Assembly (NCBI GenBank): GCA_964016885.1
Contig: OZ024749.1
Coordinates: forward strand, 18,228,001-18,292,000
Length of the DNA stretch: 64,000 nucleotides
Reading direction: 5' to 3'
Source of the DNA: Eledone cirrhosa
Lineage: Eukaryota
Shown here one piece after another: positions 54,910 through 64,000 of the stretch (the stretch's first letter is position 1; the number at the start of each line of letters is the position of its first letter). Made by a program: the position numbers and the translations under genes. The notes beneath the pieces are model-generated. The model worked only from the letters and a program-made list of their open reading frames with translations, was not told where the DNA came from and made no database searches.

Positions 54910-56974
54910 CCCTGACCCCACCCTGTCCCGCACATGGCTGCCCCGCTGGCGAATAGGGTGCTCTTGAGTGACCCCGGCCCCATTGATGCCTCGGCTCCCC
55001 ACTTGCCGATGGGGACTCTGGTGAGGAACAGTCGATCCTGTGTCCCACTTGCCAAAGTGGGATTGGTGGCAGCATTGTTGCTGGGCGCTCTGGGGGCCGC
55101 TGATGCCTGCGGTGTGGGATACTGAGAGTGCCTGGACCCACATTGCCTGGTCTGAGGGTGTACCGTCGAGGATACACATCAACAAATTCGGGAATTTGCC
55201 CAAGGGAACAGTAGTGGAACACCCAATGTGGCGGCCGTTCCCTGCCTATTACCAATTTGACCAGTCGCGTGTGAACTTGGAATTGGTGAGAGGAGGGGAT
55301 AATAGCGAGAGACGTAATATACCACCCCAGTCAAGTCCATACTGGACATTTTTACCAATATATCATGTACACCAATATATCCTATACAGCAAAACCTTGG
55401 ATTTAGAACCGACAGGCTGATCTATCGCGAACGCGTGCGATCCCACGCAAGGATTAATAACTGGCACGACCGAAACTACATGGAAAAGATTGAACGGACC
55501 ACACCCTGCGACCACTAGCTGTTTGATCCGCGGGTCCATCTCCCAGAGAGGGCACACAGCTGATAGTGAATCCCAGTTGACTCGTGAACTCGGAACTTTT
55601 CAACAAGACCAACTGTGTCTGGAGCTACGCAGATGATTGCATGCGCACAATGGATATCGCACCTACAAGGTCACCGGTATTGTTCATCTTACTGTATTTG
55701 TGTAAAGTATCCGTGTGTGGGATATCCCTGAGTAAATTTGCTTGACTGTTAATTGTTTATTAATTGTTTGTTAATTAGGCAGGAATATATTATTATATCT
55801 TTGTTAATCCTATATTAATAATTTTTTGATAATACATTATTAGATTACTGAAGCTATTTAATACCTTCTTAAAAATACATTTTATAATTATTGTCTTTTT
55901 GCTTATATATTTTCTTACTTATCATTTTCTTTAATCTTCGAGCCCAACTTGATAAGCTCTTTGAATTGCTCCTTAATTAGATTACTTAAATTACTTTATT
56001 TATTATACCTAAGTTGCTGTATCTGTTGAAGCAACCCTTTGGAAATTCCTCGAATCTCCCAAATCCCGTAATTTTTAATTTGAAATTTTCCTTCATTTAT
56101 ATATATTTTTAAAGGTTCTCTAAAATTTTAATTCTTTGAAGGGTCTTTCGGAAGAGGTTTTTATTAAAAATATTAAAGGGTCCTTTTCTGAGGGATTTTT
56201 TGAAGCCTTTTTGAATTAACCTTTAATTGATTAATTTCTCTCAACTATTTATTTCTTAATTTTTAAAATTAAATGTAATGTCCAACCTCTTAATCTTTAA
56301 TTTTTAATCTTGGATATATAAGATTGCTTAATCTTAAATTCATTAATTTTTTTAATTTCTGGGTTTGGAACTCTTAAACTTCAAATCCTAATTTAAATCT
56401 TAATCTTTATATTATGGATTCCCTAAATTATTAACTTTATTAACCTCTTAAATCTTATTGAAAGTTTTTTTCGCTTATTTTTAATTTTTAACTTTTAATT
56501 TTTAATTTTTGATTTTTGAGCTTAGAACTTTCGTAGAGATTATTAAATCTTCGTAAATTTTCTTAAATTTTTTAAGGGAATTTCTTATAAAAATTTTTTT
56601 GAAGGAATTTTTTAAGGAGACTTTTTATTTTTTTACTCTCTTAATCTCCTCTGGTTTTTAAAGTTTATTGAGGCTTATAAGCTTTATGCGCTTATTGAGG
56701 GATTTTTTAAGGTGCTTTTGAGAGATCCCAAGTCTTGTACTTTTAATGCGTAACTTATAAATTCCTTAATTTTTAACCTTCAATCCCTAACTTGTAGGCC
56801 CTTTTCAAATTCTCTTAATTCCCTATAACCCATCCCTCTTACAACTCCTACAACTATTATAAAAGAGCCCCCTTAGAATATAGACCCCAAGCTGAGCTGT
56901 TGATGTATACCACGATTTCAAACTGCTAATCTTGAGGGAAACGTTGATGAAAATAATGAACTTACAATTACCTG

Positions 56975-57030
56975 TTATATGCCTTGAAAAGTCCCACCAT
57001 ATGGTCGGACGAAACGGCTGTCGGCAATAA
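56975..57030 (+). ncRNA. Hammerhead ribozyme, U3-A8 core variant (family K)
   Basis: tgcc TTGAAAA gtcc c acca ta tggt c ggac GAAA cggctg TC ggca. Confidence 0.82.
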
Positions 57031-57092
57031 ACTTGTTATAATGTCATAAAAGTTCCTTTGTTCTTTTTCCTTAATATTTCTGCTCTGCATAA

Positions 57093-57153
57093 GCGACGGT
57101 AGCTAGTTAAGCTCTATGCGTATAACGCATAGAGCTTAACTAGCTACCGTCGC
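57093..57153. repeat. Perfect ~29 bp hairpin
   Basis: gcgacggtagctagttaagctctatgcgt ata acgcatagagcttaactagctaccgtcgc. Confidence 0.95.
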
Positions 57154-57256
57154 ATATGTGGTAGGTCTGGCGTGATCATCGTGATTTACGTACGACCTAC
57201 CATACATCTTGCTTATATATAAATATATATATATATATAAAGATAAATATATATAT

Positions 57257-57548
<292 letters not shown>

Positions 57549-57652
57549 TATTGAAGTTTCCGTTGAAAACAGAAAAAGTTATAGGAGTGAAGAGTGGTCT
57601 ATGTAAGTACCAGAGCAAAATTTAACGTATAAAAAAACAACAATACAATATA

Positions 57653-57730
57653 ATTACCTCATTATCAGAGGTTTCCCGAATAAGGCGAATGCGAAAGAAA
57701 CGTCTTCATTCGTTCGTCGGACGAGGCAAT
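57653..57730 (-). ncRNA. Hammerhead (family O, core mutated to CCGACGA)
   Basis: Homologous to 45592-45669. Confidence 0.65.
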
Positions 57731-58922
57731 ATAAAACATAGCTAAATATTTGGAAAGTCTCCTCAAGAAATGCAAGAAAAATTATGTAAATATAGGTGAA
57801 GGTAATACAATAGACATATAAAATATATAAACATTTTTTAAAGAAATATAGTTAGGTGTGTGTACAGATGTACGTATGTATGTATGTACAAATGTGTGTG
57901 TATAGTGAAAATGTGTGCGTAAATATATATATGAGGGTAAGTATATCTGTGTATATGTAACTACAGACACAGACATGAATGTCCGTTTGACAGGTATACA
58001 GAAAAACAGAGTATTAGATACATTATAAGAATATGAAGGCACGCGTATAAACACACACACACGCGCGTACACTTATATGCGGAAGAAAAAGAGGTAAGGG
58101 AGTGTAATAGTAAAAAGAAAGTATCATTCTCGATATATTTATAAAAATGGAACAATAATTTAGAAAGAAAAAAATTGCGAAGTAAAGAAAACAAACAAGG
58201 TACACGCGTACATACACACATATATCTATAAGAAACGTATATCTATAAAATATATATATATATATACACGCAAAACGTGCAGACAAAATCGTATGCAAGT
58301 ATACATACACACACAGGATGCACATATAGACATACATACATGTATATCTAATCACGCGTACGTATATACATACATACATGTATATCTAATCACGCGTACG
58401 TACGCGACTGTATACTCACACACACATACACACACATAAATATATACATACATATATACATACGCACACTTACACATCATACATTCAGTACGTACACACA
58501 CACATACACACACACATACATACACTCACGCACGTTGACCCGCACACGTTATGCGCACACATAAAAATAAGAATGTAAAAAAAATAGATGTAAAAACACA
58601 GATATAAAAACACACACACATACACGCATATATACACACGCACGCGCGCGCACATACGGAGGCGTTCGTGTACATATACAGAAAGTATACACACATAAAG
58701 ACGCTCAGACACATAGATACAGGGTGTAAAAACGGCCTTGTGAATAAGTGAGTACAAATATAAAAAATGGCTGCGAAATAACAGAAATTATCTGGAGTGG
58801 AAAACGCAATTGACCAGTATAATCAGGTAGTGAAGAAAATAGGGAAGTAAAAAGTGGAAAGTGAAGATATTAGGTAAGTGAATCGGTGAATAAAGGGGGG
58901 GGGGTTAGTGGTGGATGTGAAG

Positions 58923-59082
58923 TAAAAATAAAAATAAAAATAAAAATAAAAATAAAAATAAAAATAAAAATAAAAATAAAAATAAAAATAAAAATAAAAA
59001 TAAAAATAAAAATAAAAATAAAAATAAAAATAAAAATAAAAATAAAAATAAAAATAAAAATAAAAATAAAAATAAAAATAAA
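58923..59082. repeat. (TAAAAA)n hexanucleotide microsatellite
   Basis: About 26 perfect copies. Confidence 0.98.
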
Positions 59083-59153
59083 GATGAAATTAATAATAAG
59101 GTTAAAAATGAAAGTAAATCAGAAAAGGTAGTCTTAAAGAGAATAATAAGAGC

Positions 59154-59520
59154 TTATGGAAGATAAGTATCTGAAAGTGTGTTAAGTTTATATGAGCTGG
59201 AAAGCAGGTGTGATTTCATGTGTGGGCAACTGGTGAAAATTTCTGTCTTTGTGTTTAGGCAGGTCTTTGGTGATTTAAGATTTTGCAAAATCCAGTATTT
59301 TTCATTTATACAGAGCGTGTATTTTCTTGTTCCTCTTGCATATTCTTTAGATTGGTTCAAAATTGACCAATCCAATTTATATTGGATACCTTGGTCTTTC
59401 AAATCCCATATTCTGCTAGCCAGAGCTGTTGTAAATCTTTTTTCTGGATGTCGAAAGGATGCGACATGCGAGGAATAACGCGTTTTGAATTTGTCTTGCG
59501 TCATACCCACATATCGTTCA
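59154..59520 (-). pseudogene. GIY-YIG endonuclease C-terminal fragment (family O)
   Basis: YVG motif, conserved R and H, LCINE. Confidence 0.85.
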
Positions 59521-59582
59521 CTGGTGGCTGGTTGGTTGTTGCTTTATATATTTATATATATATATATGTTTATATATATATT

Positions 59583-59697
<115 letters not shown>

Positions 59698-59747
59698 TTA
59701 TATATATATATATATCTATATATATATTTATATATATATATATTTAT

Positions 59748-59832
<85 letters not shown>

Positions 59833-59893
59833 TATATATATAAATATATATATAAATATATATATATATAAATATGTATATATATAAATATAT

Positions 59894-59950
<57 letters not shown>

Positions 59951-59954
59951 AATA

Positions 59955-60008
<54 letters not shown>

Positions 60009-60009
60009 A

Positions 60010-60096
<87 letters not shown>

Positions 60097-60107
60097 AATA
60101 TATATAA

Positions 60108-60256
<149 letters not shown>

Positions 60257-60319
60257 TATCTAAATATATATATATATATAAATATATATATATAAATATA
60301 AATATAAATATAAATATAA

Positions 60320-60609
<290 letters not shown>

Positions 60610-60625
60610 AATATATATATATAAA

Positions 60626-61588
60626 TATACAAGTTAATATAAATTAATATATGATAAACACATAAGTGTTTGTATTGTAAATGACCAAGTTAGCTAGATT
60701 GAAAAATACTAATTAAAATAAACATAGTTTGCTTGTCTCGATTTAAAATAATAAATCAATAAAAACAAACCCATATTGGCAATAACCGTGATACCTGGAC
60801 AAATTTAAATTTCAAAATCCAAACCTGTTCCGTAGACAAATTTAAATTTCAAAACCCAAATAAGTTTCGCAACGATAGTATAAAAAAGTGAAAGATTCCA
60901 ATTTCTGTGGACATCAACAGGTATCCAGAAAATTAGCACCTCGAAATATTTTTGGAGGTCTGGTTTACACGCGCTTACGCACGTGGTTTTCCAGCTCCTA
61001 GCTATCACCATACTCATGGTGCTAGAAATAACAGCCTTTCATAATGGATTAAAATTTAGCTCAACAAAAGGAGCCGTAATACTATATTATATTTAGAGTT
61101 ATAAACTCAAATAGTCCTTTACAATTAATTAGCTCAAACAAAGAAGCATTTCTGAGCCGTGAAATACAAGTTAATATAAATTAATATAGGATAAACACAT
61201 AAGTGTTTGTATAAGTGTTTGTCCAAGTTAGCTAGATTGAAAAAACTAATTAAAATAAATATAGTTTGCTTGTCTCGATTTAAAATAATAAATCAATAAA
61301 AACAAACCCATATTGGCAATAACCGTGATACCTAGACAAATTTAAATTTCAAAATCCAAACCTGTTCCGTAGACAAATTTAAATTTCAAAACTCAAATAA
61401 GTTTCGTAACGATAGTATAAAAAAGTGAAAGATTCCAATTTCTGTGGTCATCAACAGGTATCCAGAAAATTAGCATGTTTCACCTCGAAATATTTTTGGA
61501 GGTCTGGTTTACACGCGCTAACGCACGTGGTTTTCCAGCTCCTAGCTATCCCCATACTCATGGTGCTAGAAATAACAGCCTTTCATAT
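60626..61588. repeat. Family N non-coding tandem repeat, ~539 bp unit, ~1.8 copies
   Basis: atacaagttaatataaattaata occurs at ~60626 and ~61165 and the units are near-identical. Relatives at 22448-22667, 47312-47355 and possibly 61948-61990. Confidence 0.85.
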
Positions 61589-61817
61589 AGTGAGGCACAA
61601 TAACAAAGAAAAGAATCCCCAGTTACTGAAGAGGTCACAGAATGTGTGACGAAAGAACTTTGACAATATATAAACAACCATCTGGTTGTGGAACCAACCA
61701 ACCAACCGGAAATTTATAAATTCCTAAATTTATAAATTTATTATAATAAATTGAAGTGAAAGCAACTGGTGCGTGTGTTTCTTATTGGCAACATGACCCT
61801 CCCAAAGTATAACAATA
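61589..61817 (+). mobile_element. Family A pLTR fragment
   Basis: Matches 35458-35683. Confidence 0.9.
61622..61664 (+). ncRNA. Minimal type I hammerhead ribozyme (family A)
   Basis: gtta CTGAAGA g gtcaca..tgtgac GAAA gaac TT tgac. Confidence 0.83.
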
Positions 61818-61819
61818 TA

Positions 61820-61951
<132 letters not shown>

Positions 61952-61985
61952 GCTAAATTTTAATCATTTGACTTTTATTTAACTT

Positions 61986-62028
<43 letters not shown>

Positions 62029-62090
62029 TAGATAAATATATATATATATATAATATATAAGATCAAAAGATGGTTAAAAGAGTTCCATGT

Positions 62091-62160
62091 ATTTTATTAT
62101 GCTCATTTCAAAAACAAATATCATCATGCAATAATATTTGTGTTTTCATCAGATAAAATA
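62091..62160 (-). ncRNA. Type I hammerhead ribozyme (family B, inverted arm)
   Basis: attttat CTGATGA ... GAAA tgagca TA ataaaat. Confidence 0.8.
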
Positions 62161-62549
62161 GGAAGACATGATATGAAGGTTAAAAAACACTTGTGAATAG
62201 TGCAGTTTTAAATCAACATATGAAAAGTAGTTTTAGATTGATGTGTGATATCGGGAAAAATTTTTTTTCACGGGGGGGGGGAGGTTGGAAAGGATGAAAA
62301 AGAGGAGGAAATGAGAGTAAAAAGTGGAGGGGGAGGAGTATAATAAGGAAGGATGAGATAGGAGGAGAGATGGGTGATAGAGAGAGAGAGAGATATCTTT
62401 TATAACTGAGAAAAATATATTGTTTTAGATAGAGAGGTTGAAAAACCGTTGGAAGATGATGTATAAATTAAAAGAATTTGAAAATTAACGAAGAGAAAAA
62501 AATAATGTAAAGTTAAGGTTTGTATATTGAAGGGTTTAATAAACTCTTG

Positions 62550-63132
62550 GCTAATTTCTGCAAACACAAATACAACGTCAAACACAACTTCGCTAAATGT
62601 TCTTAATCCTATTCTAAATCAAGAAACTATTATTCCTATCGCAAATAACTTCTCCAATACAATTCCTTCTATAGATAACACTAGGTCACTCGTTAATAAT
62701 CTCTCTAATCGCAATTGCAATTGCCCTGTTAAAAATAAATGTCCTCTCAACAACCATTGTCTTGATAAAAAACTTAATCTACGAATTGACACCAATTCCT
62801 TCACCTATTTTGGCTCCACTTCCACCTCCTTTAAAGCTCGTCTTTATAATCATCATTCGTCTTTTAAATACCAACTTAAAAGAACCAACACGGCTCTCTC
62901 AGAACTCATATGGTCCTTGAAAGACAAAAATATTAAATATAACATCTCTTGGAAAAAGGTTTCTTCTGCTTCGCCATACTTTAACAGTTCTCTATCCAAG
63001 ACTTGCAATCTCTGTCTAAATGAAAAATTTACCTTTATATCTAATTTAGATTCTATAATAAATAGACGCACTGACTTGTTTTCTCTCTGCTTGCATAAAT
63101 TCCACAGAACATTTCATAAAGTCTACAGCTAA
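62550..63132 (+). pseudogene. Family B GIY-YIG endonuclease fragment
   Basis: CNCPVKNKCPLNNHC, YFGST, CNLCLNE. A small deletion removes IYEC. Confidence 0.9.
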
Positions 63133-64000
63133 TATCCAATATTTTATCAATTTAGAATCCTTTTCTCAAAGGCACATATATATATATATATACTTCTTTA
63201 AAAATATACCCATCTTTCTACCTTATTTCAAAGTTATTTATTATACATTATATAATACTTGTTTCTCATTCTATATCACTCCTATTTATCACTTCCCTTT
63301 CTTCCTTTTCCTTTTCTTTTCTTCTTCTTTTAATTTCTAACCCCTAATCTGTACCTTTTCTCATTGTGCCTAACATTGAAACAATTATTACACAATACAA
63401 TATATTCTTACTTTATATCACCTTGAAAAAATCCTTCGTAAACATAAACATTTTTTTTGACGTTAGATTATTCATCCTCAATTCATTATTTTTTTCTCCA
63501 TTTCATCTAACTTACTCATGCTCATCTCACAATATATCCTTACTTACATTACTTGTTGTTTTTTTAATAATACATATCAACATTTTCTTTCCATCGCACA
63601 TATTATTAAACCCTTAAATATTATTCTTAATACATATTAACATTTTCTTTCCATCGCACATATTATTAAACCCTTAAATATTATTCTTAATACATATTAA
63701 CATTTTCTTTTTCATCGCACATATTATTAAACCCTTCAATATACAAACCTTAACTTTACATTATTTTTTTCTCTTCGTTAATTTTCAAATTCTTTTAATT
63801 TATACATTATCTTCCAACGGTTTTTCAACCTCTCTATGTAAAACAATATATTTTTCTCAATTATAAAAGCTATCTCTCTCTCTCTCTATCACCCATCTCT
63901 CCTCCTATCTCACCCTTCCTCATTATACTCCTCCCCCTCCACTTTTTATTCTCATCTCCTCCTCTTTTTCATCCCCCCCCCCCCCCTCAACATTTTTTTT

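Larger units (their letters stand above)
52731..57215 (+). mobile_element. PLE family K (Hydra-type), 5'-truncated, with a ~2.3 kb 3' region
   Basis: TLKDHK, QFDIDSYY, ITMGSSDS, FLDATL, FFNPPF, CNC, YVGST, CSLCLTE. HHR at 56975. Confidence 0.9.
57547..59545 (-). mobile_element. PLE family O (Hydra-type), 5'-truncated: EN fragment plus 3' UTR/pLTR
   Basis: ORF 59154-59510 ([23 protein letters not shown]) followed by a 3' UTR homologous to 45567-46935. Confidence 0.85.
62050..64000 (+). mobile_element. PLE family B, third copy: inverted pLTR 62050-62540 (-) plus 5'-truncated body from ~62545, running off the window
   Basis: EN ORF to 63132 matches 37820-38414. The 3' UTR matches 38415-39255. 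Confidence 0.92.

Noticed and set aside
55740-56860. Antisense ORF under a ciliate-like code (TAA = Gln)
   Set aside because: The frame is not continuous and contains TGA as well, and neighbouring ORFs use TAA/TAG as ordinary stops.
61075-61130. Twister-like look of taa-tactat..gagttataaactc..atagt
   Set aside because: Lacks the conserved purine segment and T1 pseudoknot partner after P2, and the loop is not conserved in relatives.

Overview
AT-rich eukaryotic (metazoan) repeat region with no recognisable host gene. A tRNA-derived CORE-like SINE suggests an octopus or other cephalopod (inference). The window is a scaffold of (TA)n microsatellite packed with nested Penelope-like retroelements (PLEs: reverse transcriptase plus C-terminal GIY-YIG endonuclease) from at least nine ORF-bearing families, seven Hydra-type and two Neptune/Nematis-type. 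It also holds non-coding derivatives, an RTE-type LINE 3' end and SINE remnants. Reading both strands by eye I found about 35 hammerhead ribozyme (HHR) motifs in about 16 sequence families. Highlights: (i) two related non-coding 454-469 bp tandem units, each with an HHR and a conserved ATGCAAAT octamer hairpin (retrozyme / circular RNA candidates); (ii) four unrelated families with the rare compensated U3-A8 catalytic core; (iii) HHRs with ~100 nt stem II; (iv) a permuted, covarying HHR-like RNA; (v) repeated 5'-to-5' fusions of different PLE families with both 3' ends facing (TA)n; (vi) a candidate -1 frameshift between an ORF1 and the RT ORF. Most ORFs in the supplied track are microsatellite or antisense artefacts. 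Family letters are my own labels, element boundaries are approximate, and all folds are manual, not computed.
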